The notes under the pieces are model-generated. The model was not told where the DNA came from, did no database searches, and worked only from the letters and a program-made list of their open reading frames with translations. The translations under genes and the position numbers were made by a program. A DNA stretch of 61,640 nucleotides, filler included, from Sphacelaria rigidula (Eukaryota), in NCBI GenBank assembly GCA_964200075.2. It is 11 parts of 11 records of this genome, joined end to end, with 100 filler letters (N's around TTAATTAATTAA, not from the genome) between each part and the next. Parts side by side here need not be neighbours in the genome. Positions count along the whole stretch, not along the records: positions 33,679 to 39,191 come from CAXNAA020026719.1; positions 39,292 to 44,804 come from CAXNAA020026720.1; positions 44,905 to 50,416 come from CAXNAA020026721.1; 8 more parts are not named here. One strand, given 5' to 3'. Below are positions 35,097 to 47,659 of the stretch, one piece after another (position 1 is the first letter of the stretch; each line of letters starts with the position of its first letter).

Positions 35097-36224
35097 GTAA
35101 TCATGCACTGTACTGCTCCTGTTCTGCTTCCGAAATGTCAGTGTTCCTATCACCCATCATCATCAGGATGTACTGTCAGCGGAAGATCATGTCTATCACG
35201 CGAGGTCACAACGAAGCTATACCTGTACCCTTGTCTGCCAAGGGCAGAAGCGAAAGGTCCTCGACCAAACACACGATCCCCGTCAAGCTTCTACTTTGCA
35301 CATCATCTGGAACTCACCTTTTACTGTTAAAGTACAGCTAAGTACTCCGCTCTCTGTCGAAGTGGTCATTCCGGATATTTCAAACATCGCCGATGTGGGG
35401 TGGTGGTGGTTCACAGCGGGGGTGCCTTCGTAGACTGCAACTGGCGATCTATTTGCAGTCTAGGGGAGGGCTTGAACATAACGACTCCGGAGGCATCCTG
35501 TCCGCTGGTTCTTGAGCATATTCTTGACTGCGCTCGGAGAAGCCCGCGGCACGATTTTCGGCGGTGGTTGTCCGCAAAATCAACAAGAGGTACGTCGCCC
35601 GCCGTGTATGTGAACAAGGTAGGGGAGGCGAACCTCAGCCGCAGAACGAGTATCTTGGTGATGATTGGTGATGCGTAGTCGTGTTTTTACATGTACCTAT
35701 CACCACACAACAGCCAACACGGAAACGGTACCGTATGTAGGCAGTGTGATGATTTGCAGGCCACACACCCGCATCTATACGCGAGCGTCGGCAGAGTCCA
35801 AATCGGCGTCTGAATGAGCCAAAACGCGTCCCACTCATCTTGCGGGGGAACCTGATAGACTGTCAGCCCCAGAAAGATCCGAAAGTGGCCGTCACACTAA
35901 AACCGGGTATTCGTTCGATCATGGACTTTGTCGGCCAGTTCGTCACGTAAACTCTACTACTGCAATGCACACAGGTATGGTGATAGTACTGTTATGCCAA
36001 TACTAAAATGACTCTGTCCCCATGAACCCCAGTGCGAACAAAACATGCGCCAAATGAGTCCGCTGGCGAGGTAGAAGGTAAAAGAATGTGTTCACACGTG
36101 ACGAGGTTATAAAAAAAGGAGGATATACAATTGAAACACTACTCTCAACAAAGTGTACGAGTCGTGAGCATCACGTTTAGTGTGATGTTTTTTTGTCGTG
36201 ATTCACAGCACCGTCGTAGTCAAA

Positions 36225-36467
36225 CCAAGGTCTGACGGGAGAAAATATCTCGACACGTAGCCCCTTCCCCCTCCCGGAGGGCAATTTCTCGAAAATTGCC
36301 GTGATTTTTAGATTTTTGGTTTCTTGAAGGAGTTGAATCCAAATGTAATCATGGTAGTAGGATGGGTCCCCCCCCCCCCCCCCCCCGCCCCCCGCTCTCT
36401 CTCAAAAGCTCGATTTTCCGATCTTGAAGCCTACGTGTCCAATTTTTTTCTCTCGGCAGACCCTTGG
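36225..36467. mobile_element. MITE (243 bp) with ~38-bp TIRs and a TCAAA direct repeat
   Basis: TCAAA|CCAAGGTCTGACGGGAGAAAATATCTCGACACGTAG ... CTACGTGTCCAATTTTTTTCTCTCGGCAGACCCTTGG|TCAAA. Confidence 0.7.
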
Positions 36468-39291
36468 TCAAACTTCAAATAATATAGTACTCACTCAATC
36501 GGGATTTTTTACGGGCGATTTGTCACCTTCAATTCACCCGAGCGTTTGAGATTCAGTAGGCGTTGGACAAAGACGCAGGTTGTCCTCAGGAAACATTTCC
36601 CAATCCTGTTATCGGAACGGTACAGAGTATAACCCCATTCACCGGGGGTATTTTTGACCACATATGGCCCCACAACACGATTTTCTAACTCTAGCGCAAC
36701 GAATATCGACAAATACCCATTTTAGTTACTCGTATTATTTATAACGATCCGGATCAGTTCGGTCCAGCAAAATATCAAACAGCAATAACCGGGGGCTGTA
36801 CGCTACGACGCACACAGACCGGTTAGCCAGCATCTCGTTCAAAATTAGCCACAGACTTTCTTTTCTGCTGAAAAACTGTGCCGGGTACTCATGTCTTTGA
36901 TTCCCAAAGTTCAAGACCAAACAGAAACCGTGATTACCCACGGCAACCGAAAACCCGAAAAGATTGCTCCGAATCGATTTTTTTAATCCAAAGTTTGACT
37001 ACTCGTATAACGCAGCAAAGGCTAACGCTTAGCTCGTGCACTATTATTGTTTAAAAATTCATCCATCCTGTCTTCTTTGCCACCTGCTTGGATATGCATG
37101 CATACCAAGAATTCGAGTGTAGCCTCCATCGATCACTTCATGGAAGTAGAAGATGCACGAGTAAGCCGCACTGCAACTGCGGGTTGGGAAGGCTAGCAGA
37201 TCACGTTGAGTACAGGCTGGTCGCACGACGAGTGGTTGAGACAAAAAAAATGTCTCCGGCTCAAAAAGGACGACCGACCAGCAGCGGAAAGTAACACACG
37301 TAAGTTCCCTGCAACCGCATGGAACACTATATTCGTGAGATTCAGAGTGTATCATCTGATTCAGAGTGAGACCCGAAACAATCGACTTTCCCATCGATTT
37401 TGACATCGCCACAGTTCGAGGAGTAATGCAGCTGGTGAAGCGGTGGCTTCAATGGAAGCTATCACTTACACGATCAATTTGACACATCCCTTGATCGCAA
37501 CGACGTAGTCAGTACAACGCAACAAAAGATCCCCTCTTTCAGGAAAAACCGATTAGTGCCCGAAACGGTTTCAGTTCCAAAATGCCTCCCATACGTAAAA
37601 ATGCTGTGTGCGGTATCTCACCAACCAAACCGCCGAATTGCTCGAATGGGGGGTACTGTACGGTAGCTGCATGCACAGGACGTGTGCTCAAGCAAAAAAA
37701 AAAAGAAAAGTTGCCTGTTAGGAACGCTAGAGCATCCACTCTGAATCTGAAACGACGTTCTGAATCTCACGAATACAGTGTTATGACCAACCTGGGGAGC
37801 ACCGCGTGCTGTGATCAGCCATCCAGGCATTGTCATCACTTCGGACTACCTGTAGACACCAAACACGGTCTGGTGTTGGCGGAGGGATGCTCACGCTTTG
37901 GTCGTAAGAACGGCTGACAGAGACTTCCCAGAAATTCATTATTTTAAACCAACGCTAACCCTGACCCTGACCCCTACCAAGACATTCGAGAAAACTCGGG
38001 CAAGAGGGATGCAAATGTTGCTCTAGGGAAATGTGTGCGTTTGCAGACATCAAGTCGGCGCCGACAGCGTGGAATAATTATTTCAAGGGTGACCTTGAAA
38101 GTATCTTTTGCGCCTTTTCTCGAAATTTCAGGTTTCAACTCTGTAACCTGAAGCGAAAAATCGAGGTTCTTCTTGGTCTCAAGTAGTGGTTCCAGCCTGT
38201 GTACGCCAATAACCGTCGCCTTTTGTGGATTTCACGATACTCTTACATCAGGGCTGTCTACAATACTGTTGCAAGTATGGATATGTGTCAATCGGTCAAG
38301 AGTAATGGCAATATAATGACAGTACTTCGTAAAAACGGCGTGCGGTACGCCACTTTTAACGAAACTTGCAGGGGCACCTCTCTGCTGTATGTGTACAATC
38401 CTTTGCATATATATACGAAGGACGCCTTCGTTTCAAACACATTTCTCGAGGAACTCACCCTGAGAAATACCCGTAACAAACCTCCGTGATGATTGAGCCA
38501 CACCGCTGCACGCATACAGGCCGGCGTGCGCTGCACACCAGGCAATACAAAACCGAACATGGTACACTCGACCATTGAGACACTCTGCCTCAAACCCTAT
38601 ACAAATCCGCTACAAACCCTTTCTTGCCCTGCAGCCAGCAGCACAGTACTGTCGTAGCCTCACCACGGTTCACAGTACAACATTCTACACTCCCCGCTCC
38701 CACCCACGCCTCCACAGGAGTCACCGTACAAGGTTCCTGCCTCATGCTTGTTCAACGGAAGGAAACACGAACATATCTTCTGGAGCACCGCTGTCGACCA
38801 CTCAAACCCCCAATGGTGTTAATATACCCGAAACAGACACGGACAACCGCACCTAAACTATCAAAAGTTCATGTATTCCTCAGAAAACACACGCGGTAGA
38901 TGGGCAGCACGTCACACCTCAAGATAACTGAATACAGTAGATACGGATGACCGCGATGCTCGCGTGGCAAACGCTACCTCACCACCAAGCAACTACTTGC
39001 ACTATACAACAAGCCTACGACCGACCGACGTCAACATCAAGAGAACAAGGGTATTACGAAGACCGACATACTGCTGTGTACTAGCCTAGACGGAGCACAA
39101 CACTTCAGGAAATGACGGGGGGGGGGGGGGGAGACTCCCTAAAAAAAAACAATTTTTTGGAAAAAAAAAAAATCTACATCACAAAAACCCCNNNNNNNNN
39201 NNNNNNNNNNNNNNNNNNNNNNNNNNNNNNNNNNNTTAATTAATTAANNNNNNNNNNNNNNNNNNNNNNNNNNNNNNNNNNNNNNNNNNNN

Positions 39292-39665
39292 AAGGGAATA
39301 GAGAGAAGAAGTCATATAGTGGCAGAATGTGAACTATACAAGGAGGAACGGGACGTGCTAGAGGGGGAAATGCGGGACGTGAACGAAGTGGGCATGAAAT
39401 CGTTTGATGCATTAGACAATGGGGAGAAGATGATGGCTCTACTAGGAGATAGATGGTGGCCAGAGATGGCGAAACAGGACGGGGATAAGATACGTGAAAT
39501 ATTTCCCTGCAATGTATGGAAGAAACGTAATGAGCTGCTGAAGAGATGTAATGAGCTTCGGAATGTTGGAGGCATCTCTATTAGGAGTAGGAACGGTGCT
39601 CCATCTCGAAAGGGACGCGTGGTCAATGGTCACACGACTAAGGCAAGCAACAAATGAGTACGCCC
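39292..39665 (+). mobile_element. LINE ORF2 C-terminus and 3' end
   Basis: SHIVAECELYKEERDVLEGEM..LLGDRWW..SRKGRVVNGHTTKASNK*; same family as 60240-61640. Confidence 0.9.
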
Positions 39666-39669
39666 TCTC

Positions 39670-41587
39670 TCCGTGTCTGTGTCCAGCAGGCTTCAAGCGT
39701 TTAACCTGACCCCTCAGGTGTAAGTACCCACCTCGCTTCCTCGGCAAGCGGTGCACCTTTTGTGCGAACTGTTCCGCGTATGCAGCTTCTGCAACCACGG
39801 CCAATGCCGCTCGCCGGCAGGGAGGGTAATGAAGTTAGTACCGTCGCCGATCCACTCGCATTCCCACAGCCGCTGAATCACGCCGTAAACCCCGAGCAGC
39901 TACCGACGCCCCCGTCGCCAACATATGATGCGATGCAACTGCTGCCGACTTCATCGATACCGCCGCCGACATCACCGCAGCCACCACCGACAACCCCGAG
40001 TCCAACGCAACTGCTGCCGACTTCGTCGATGCCGTCACCGACATCACCGCGCAGCCACCGCCGACTACCCCGATCTCGATTCAACTGTTGCCATCTTCAT
40101 CGCTACGGCCGCCGACATCACCGCAGCCGCCGCCACTAACACCTGCGGCGCCGACACGATCGCAGCCGCTGCCGCTTCCTCATCCTCAACCGACTTCATC
40201 GGTATCGTCGCCGCCAACACAACAGCCGCCGCCGCTACTACTACCTACCGTGCTGACAGCATCTCAGCCTCTACCACTGCCTCATACTCTCTCGACTTCA
40301 TCGGTACCGTTGCGAACGACATTGCAGCCACTGCGGTTGCTGTCGACCTCATCGATACCATCGCCGACAACGTCCTTGCTGCCAACCAAACAAAGGGTGA
40401 GGCTCGAGCCGCCGCTGCCGCCGTCACCGCCGCCGACACGGGTCTTATTTTCACCTCCGGCGATTCCGCGACCGCTACCATTGTCGCTGACTCTGCCAAT
40501 AACACCGCCAACAGCACAACAACAACCGCTGCTGCTACCGCCGACTTTGTCGGCTACACCTTCTCACGCGTGGCGTCGTTGGTGCCGGTCGAATGGAGCA
40601 GGGGGGCGGGTAGGCATCCCCATGCGGTCGAGTATGGGCAGCCAAGGGAGCAGGGGGGCACTAGAATAGCATGAGATTACGGGGAAGCAGATGAATCGGA
40701 ACGAAGCACGGAGATGGAGTCGACGCTTGTAACCAGAGCAGAAATGGGGAGGCCGGAGATAGATTATGGAGGATATTATGCTCTGAATATGGCCATTTCA
40801 AATTGTCGTTTGCTGACAGCTCCAGCTTGTGAGGAGATTCATGTTTTGCGTCATTTCGATTCTGATCAGGGCTTCGGACCAATCGGTTCTGAATGAGGAC
40901 GAATTTATTTGACTATTACTTGGCTGCAGTGATTTATTTGATAATATATTAGACGGGCAGTAGTTGATGATTGACGTGCTTCACTAGGCATTCTGGATCT
41001 GTTGAGGATAATTTTGCGTAAATGTAGCAGGCGCGGGTGACAAACGCCTGAGCATTCAGGCTTATGACTTTGATTTTTACTTAGGGATCTCGGTCCGACC
41101 CTTTTGAATTGAATCGTGCGGTATGTGCTACCGTAGTTTCGTTCGAGTTTGATCGTATCGACCTCGGTATCTACTGTCACCGAGATGCTAACATGGTTTG
41201 AAATATTTCTTCGTCTGCGTTCAGATTTTGGCGTGGATGCAAATGTTTCCAAACACGTGCTATGGTCACGGAAATAGTAAGGGGATCGGGGGATTTGATG
41301 GCGTAAACCCTTTGATAAATCATGGCAGACAGCGTGTTCTTTTTGTTGATTTGTTTTATTGATATTGGATTTTGGAAGATACGTTTGTGCTAGATTGTGG
41401 AAGAAACCTGGATTGAGATTGAGGTGGAATACACCCCACCGAATGGGAAAGTGATATAGGATTAGGGGAGCATATAATGCAGGAGGTCCTATTTTCTGGA
41501 AAGATTGGGCCTTTCGCATTGCCTTGTCTTTTGAGTTTCATAGTAGTTGTATTATGAGCATCATTCGACTTTGGCGTGAGTAAGGGG
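39670..41587 (+). repeat. Low-complexity P/T/S/A-rich tandem region plus non-coding tail, possibly the internal part of a non-autonomous LTR element
   Basis: Repeated ccgccgacatcaccgcagcc units with frameshifts. Ends in purine-rich gtgagtaagggg immediately before the Gypsy LTR. Confidence 0.35.
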
Positions 41588-41843
41588 TGTGACACCAGCA
41601 GGTTGCTAGTACTGCAGCGTCTAATGCTGTCGAGGGACTGCCCAGTTGCACTGGCCTCAGGTTTCAGTTGTTAGCCTTCACAACACCTTTTATTATCCTG
41701 GAGTGCCACACAGGCACATGCTCCATAAACTACATCAGGGTATCACCCCTGTGTCCATGTCATCATCCACATCATCTCTACAGATCCCAAGTCATCATTC
41801 AATCATCACTATATACTCAACGTGACGGCGTGATTTCGTCACA
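41588..41843 (-). mobile_element. 3' LTR of Ty3/Gypsy element (256 bp)
   Basis: TGTGAC...GTCACA termini. On the minus strand it follows a PPT-like tttgggggtgc about 80 nt after the pol stop codon. Confidence 0.75.
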
Positions 41844-41922
41844 GCACCCCCAAAGCGCGTCGGACGAGAATCGAGCAACAAGCTTGACACTCAGAAAAAT
41901 AACGCCAAAACGATTAAGCAAG

Positions 41923-44720
41923 TCACAACTGAATACCAAACTCACGCGTAATGCGAGCAGCAATGGAACGAGTCACTCGCACCTTACGCAACTCCTTTTT
42001 GAGAAATTCCGGAGCGGCCTCAAAAATAATGTAAAAGACTCCCACGTACGCTCCTCGACTTCGAAACCAACCCAGTCGACCAATACGATCAACGAACGAT
42101 CCTCTGCCTCTGCCACGCGAACAATCCCAGCCATCTGAGATTACCCCTGGTTGAAAGCGTGCTGAAACGCATCCTTCACGTCTGCCGTTACATTAAGCTG
42201 TGAGTCTCTGCATAAAAGCGCAGACGGGCTACATGGGCGGCCTAAACACGACCCGAAACAATGTTTTGGATCTCAAACACATGCGGGTGATGAGCACCAA
42301 CAACTCTCCACGGACCAGTCCACGTTGCCATCAATTTTGGCGTAACTCCCGGGCGGCGCACGCGTGCATACAAAACATAACCGCCTACGTCGAAATTCGA
42401 CAATTCCAGCCCCGACGAAGACCCCTCACGTCTACGCGCACATTTAGCGGAAACACGCTCCTGCATCTGAACGTGGAAACTTCCCTGCAACTCCAAAACT
42501 CCTTGTTACGCGCGCTTCAGTTGCGCATTGTGGAAGACATCACAGTTCCACTCACCCGCCGATGAGGACGCCAACACCGAGAAAGACGTCCGAGGTGCAC
42601 GGCCAAACATCACATGATACGGCGTACTATGGTACCGACGGCGAAATGCTGTATTTAGCGCCCATTGCACAGCGGGCAACACGTCCACCCACTCGGTAAT
42701 CTCTCGACGCTGCTCGAGAAGAATAGATCGAAGAGCACGAACTACTTCCTTGACCATGCGTTCGCACGTATCGTTAGACCACGGAGAATACGCTACCGCA
42801 AACTGGTGATCAACGCGCAAAGCCTCTCGCAATCGGGCCAAGATCGCATTCTTGAAATGCGCGGCGGTATCACTCACTCACACACGCGCGGCACCCCCAA
42901 AGTTTTGCACCATTTAGCAAAGATGCAGCGGTCGATTCAGCAGTACACACTGCTATTGGTTCCAGAGCCACAAAGTTGCTCAAATTATTCATAATTACCT
43001 AAATGTATCGGAACCCAGCATCCTCCGACAAACCTTGGGAAGCTAGCGGGCCACTCTCGCCCACGTACAAGAAGTCAAAATGAACGACTTCATCCGGCGT
43101 GGTCCCATGGACCGTTTCACCGAGCGGGCGGGGAACAACATCGCCCGCCCTCGAGTCAGCACAGTAAAGACACTGGCGGACAATTTCGCGCATATGAGCT
43201 TCTATCCCTGCCAGACAAAAGACTCTTGCAAGCGCACGAGTGCCGCAGCCACACCACGATGCCCGGCGTCGCGCGTGTGCACACAATCATCAAACGTATG
43301 TGCAATTGTTTGTCGGAACTGGGAATCCACAACATGTTTCGGCCACGTGCATGCACACGAAACAAACCTTCATTGTCCAAAAACGCAGTACCAACATGCG
43401 ACTCGAAGGATTGCACATCCGCATCAGTGACCCCAAGTTTTTTCCGTTGAGCTTGGCGGACCACAGATTTGGACCGCATCGAATCATCCGCTTCACGCGG
43501 ACCAGATACAGTTACAGCTCGCGCGGGCACCGTGGGAATATTTACCCAGCGCGATAGCAAGTAACCCCACGCGTTACGTTCACCCGAAATATGACAAACC
43601 GTGTGCCGATACTGGCCTAATACACCTGTCCACCCCTCCAATCGCTGTGCCAACGCCTTCGACACAGACGTCACGCATGCCTCTGGGTTGAAAGTGTACG
43701 CTAAATTTCGGTGATCCGTGAAAATGTGCACGCATTCCACAACAGATGCTCGAGCAAGACGAAAAATGCTCACGATAGCAAAATCTTCGTTGTCATGGCT
43801 GCCCAACGCATCGGTGAACCCTTGAAACTACCACTAACAAAGGCCAGTGGTTCATGCGACATGTCTTCAACCGGCACCCGTTGTTGCATTTCTGCATCAG
43901 GCACCTGCGTTCGAAAACTACCCCAATGACACTCGGATGCATCCGGAAACATCAGCACCTGGCAACCGGGGCGGGGATGGAACAGCGTCACGGCATGAGC
44001 CACCAGATTCTTCGCTTCTGCCCATGCCTGCAGCCTGTCCTCCGTCCACGATGCGGGCGGAATAACGCGGTTTTTGGCCACCCGCTTCGTGCGCCTTGCA
44101 GCCCCCACCATGAGTTCTTCTGGGAAAACGCGCAAGGGCGCGACTACTTCGGCCATACGTGGCAACGAGGTACGCAACCAGTTCATTGCGTGCAGGGATT
44201 GCATTAGTTCTGCTGCTGTTTTTGGACGCCACATGTCAGACAAACCTTGCAAGCGGTCCGGGTCATGTGAGACGCGGCCGTGTGAATATACTTTCCCACA
44301 CCACACTATTTCACTAGCAAAAAAGGTACAATAGTGGGCAGCTGCAAACAGACCAACACTCTCTACGCGAGCCAAGATTGCATCAAGCGTATCCAACAGT
44401 TGGTCTTCCGTATCCGCGAAGAAAAATACATCATCCACCCAAATCTTGCATTTCACGCCATGTAAAAGGTCTACCATGACACCTTGAAAATAGGAACTAG
44501 CATTCAACACGCCTTGCGGTACTCGTTGCGGGATGTACATCCCAAACGGAGTCGTGATGGTGAATATCTCTTGCGTCTCTTCGGCCAACGGCATTTGCCA
44601 GTACCCCTGTAGGAGGTCCAACTTACCGAAGCATCGCGCGCTCAACAGGTCTATCGTATCGGATTCCTGACTGGGCATGACATCCGGCGACTTCTCCACC
44701 TGATCATTGACGGCTCCGTA
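41923..44720 (-). mobile_element. Decayed Ty3/Gypsy (chromovirus-type) pol: RT, RNase H, integrase, chromodomain
   Basis: KLDLLQGYWQ, RVPQGVLN, IWVDDV (RT); MFPDAS, IFTDHRNL, HISGERNAW (RNase H); CLYC, VHFDFLY, YSPWSNDTCER, WTGPWRV (integrase); VLVDWVGFEVEERTWE (chromodomain). Multiple frameshifts. Confidence 0.95.
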
Positions 44721-44723
44721 TTC

Positions 44724-44766
44724 GAGTCATGCTACGATAGGAGGGGGGGGGGGGGGGGGCGTACTC
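44724..44766 (-). repeat. LINE-type terminal module GAGTACG(C)nTATCGTAGcATGACTC abutting the Gypsy RT
   Basis: Same module as 5431-5458 but attached to a different upstream sequence. Confidence 0.65.
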
Positions 44767-44956
44767 CTTAGGTGGGAAGAGCAAACGCCGGAACCCCGGG
44801 CACGNNNNNNNNNNNNNNNNNNNNNNNNNNNNNNNNNNNNNNNNNNNNTTAATTAATTAANNNNNNNNNNNNNNNNNNNNNNNNNNNNNNNNNNNNNNNN
44901 NNNNCCGAAAAACGTTTCCGTTCGTGTTTCATATTCTTGATACTATGTTAATAGCC

Positions 44957-45301
44957 GGTCGCCCCGGTGGCTCAGTTGGTAACCTCGAAACCTTCAGGCG
45001 GTTAGGTCGTGGGTTCAATTCTCGGAACGATCTGGGACTTTTTCTCACACCATGCCCAACAGAGGAGAGCGACTGACTGTGTCGCGGGTACACAAATTCG
45101 ACTCAACCGTCGACTAGGGAAAGGAACTACTGAACCCCTCTCGCGGTAAGACATGAGGGCAAGCACCGCAGAAGGAAGGTGGGGTACCAAAAAAAAAAAA
45201 TCCTGTATTGGCCCCCTCCTGTGTGACCCCGGCTGATACGCCCACATGTACCGAAAGGTGTAGACTGGCGTCCAGAATAGATGTGACGACAACACACACA
45301 C
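44957..45301 (+). mobile_element. SINE family 1, near full-length (tRNA-derived head, (CA)n tail)
   Basis: A box TGGCTCAGTTGG, B box GGTTCAATTC, ends gacgacaacacacacac. Other copies or fragments at 22278, 31184, 46170, 46315 and 54402. Confidence 0.88.
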
Positions 45302-45413
45302 GTTGGATTGAAATATGTAATCAATATTTTGTACAATAATAGTTGTGCCATGGGGCACATTGTACATTGTACAGCGTACAACCCACAGCATTAAAATTTA
45401 GCTCATTGACTTC

Positions 45414-45796
45414 GTGTATATTGAGCAGCGTACAGGCTACACCGGGGAGGAGGTCCGCCAGCTTGCTGTTTTCCTCTTCTTCGTGACCCCCGAGATCATG
45501 GCGGACCTCTTGTCCAAGAAGGATGACTTTTGGTCGCGGCCTCGGGCGCGCACTCAAATTATGGTTTGCTGTCGTTTTGGGACGATAACAAAACAAGGCC
45601 TCCCACTTGGTATCCCGTGGCGATGGATATCGTACTTAGTCAGCTATCGTCCGCGTTTATGGAGCAACCGTTTTCCATTTTTAGGAGGTGTTCGGACTCC
45701 CGCCAGGAGAGGGCGTTAGATGACCGAATCGAAGCCGCGGTTATGCTCAAGTACAATCGGAGCCGGAAGTTTGACACGATTTCAAATGTCGACTGA
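45414..45796 (+). pseudogene. hAT transposase C-terminal dimerisation domain remnant
   Basis: LLSFWDDNKTRPPTWYPVAMDIVLSQLSSAFMEQPFS..RQERALDDRIEAAVMLKYN is a degenerate W..P.....A....SSAxxERxFS motif. Confidence 0.8.
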
Positions 45797-47581
45797 TGGT
45801 AAATGATGGGGGGGGGGGGGGGGGGCGATAGCTTGTAGCTTGAAGCTTGCCGAGCGAGAGGCCAAACGCTGCAATACCCTGTGTCCAGAGGCTGTAATGA
45901 CCCACTGCTGCATCATGTATCGTCAGTGTACGTAGTGCAGACATGTTGTTTCGATAGGTGCTTTGGGGTGGCGTTCAAACTCAACGATCGGAGAAAAGTC
46001 CTACTTTTCAATGAAAAACAATTTTCAAAACTTCAAATACCCAATTTGTCGTCTTCTCCTCATTATGCCAGAAGGCGCGCTTCGTGAGGGGATACTGCCA
46101 CAGCGCCACAACGAGGACGCGAAGGGGGCGCATAAAGTACGCATATTTTCGGCTTCATCGGTGCGCCAATATATACCGAAAGGGTGTGAACTGGCGTCCG
46201 GAATATATGGGACGACAAAACAGATGCTTTCAATACAGCTGTCGGAGGAAATACATACGTATGATGTGAAGCCACGGCGGTCTATGCTGTTGTTTCGTGT
46301 TTTCACTGAGCAGTGTGCCGAAAAATGTAGACCGGCGTCCAGAATAGAGGGGACGACAACACAAAACAGAACAACAGTAAATGGGATGAAAATGCGAACG
46401 ACAGACTAATGCCGAGAGCCCCCCCCCTAATAAAAAGTGCACCGGAGACCGTCCGACACACCGGCTGCGATCTCACTTTTGGGCTCGTTTGCAGCAATTT
46501 CGCCCACATGAGGGACGTGTAGCAGTCCGAAATCAGCTATAACGCTCAAATGAGCCGCGTCTTGCAGCACGGAACCAGCTCTAACGGCATTTATGATCAT
46601 CGCCTCCTCCCACTTTTTTGGCCGGTTCGGGGGGGGGCTATCTCGGCAGTAGTCGACATCTCAGAGCTTCTCTGCTCTTCATCGAATTCCCGGGGTCCCA
46701 TCGTGAAGACCCCTGTAAGGCGGTACGGAGTGCCTCAATATAAAAAAGATGCATTCGTGCGTCCGGGGGTAGTCCAAGGAACATATGGATGAGGTTTGGT
46801 CGCGGAACTCGAAAACATGATTCAGTTCCCTCACATTAACGGTATTCATATCCGAAAAATATGTTTTCATACTAAAATCAAGTGCTTCGGGGCTTACAAG
46901 ATACAAGCTCACCCGCTCGCACAAAAGCGCACAGATTCAGCACCTTTTCAGGACTTAGACCCTGAAATGTTGCACAGACGTGCTATTATAGGTCATTGAA
47001 AAAGGTTCGATGGACAAGGTATTTGTAATTTTCACTTTTCACAGGTTTCCGCGGGTACCGCGGGGTCCAAGGTTTGTAAAGAACCCTGAGACCCCCGAGA
47101 ACCGGTGCAAAATCGCAAAGTGAAAGAACCTCGTCAATCGAGTGATTTAAAAAATAACCATCTTATGTGTGTGCAAGCTTCTATGGTCTAACTTCTGGAA
47201 CGACGTGAAGTTTTACAGATTGATGATCTAGGGGGATAACCGTGAACCGGCCTGTATTCGTCCAGCGGACTGCTGCCCCTTGAGCACCCACAGGCCTTGA
47301 GGACCAGCAGGCGGACACCTGCGAGCTCGGCGCTAATTCTCCAGGTGAGAGTGAGCTGCGAGGGAGATTCAACAGGAACGACGCACTTCGGCGTCTCTGT
47401 AGAAGGGTCAAAGACATGCAGTATCAGGCGCGTATGAAGCTTTGATCTATCGAGGGCGAGAGAGAGGAATAGAGGAAAGACCTGTATTGTAGTATTCTTT
47501 GACCCGATTGGAAAATAAGTTGCAGTCTCTGATAACGTGGATAGAAGGTACCGTTGCACGACACCGATGTTATCGGTCACG

Positions 47582-47659
47582 TGTTAGATGTACAACATAT
47601 CCACTGAGCTAACAGTCAGCGCTGACTGTTAGCTCAGTGGATATGTTGTACATCTAACA
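47582..47659. repeat. Perfect 78-bp palindrome with no spacer
   Basis: tgttagatgtacaacatatccactgagctaacagtcagc|gctgactgttagctcagtggatatgttgtacatctaaca. Confidence 0.97.

Noticed and set aside
44957..45030. tRNA genes (also at 27311-27388 and 47621-47690)
   Set aside because: A/B boxes are present but I could not fold a proper cloverleaf or acceptor stem, and they run into dispersed repeat bodies, so they are treated as SINE-like heads.
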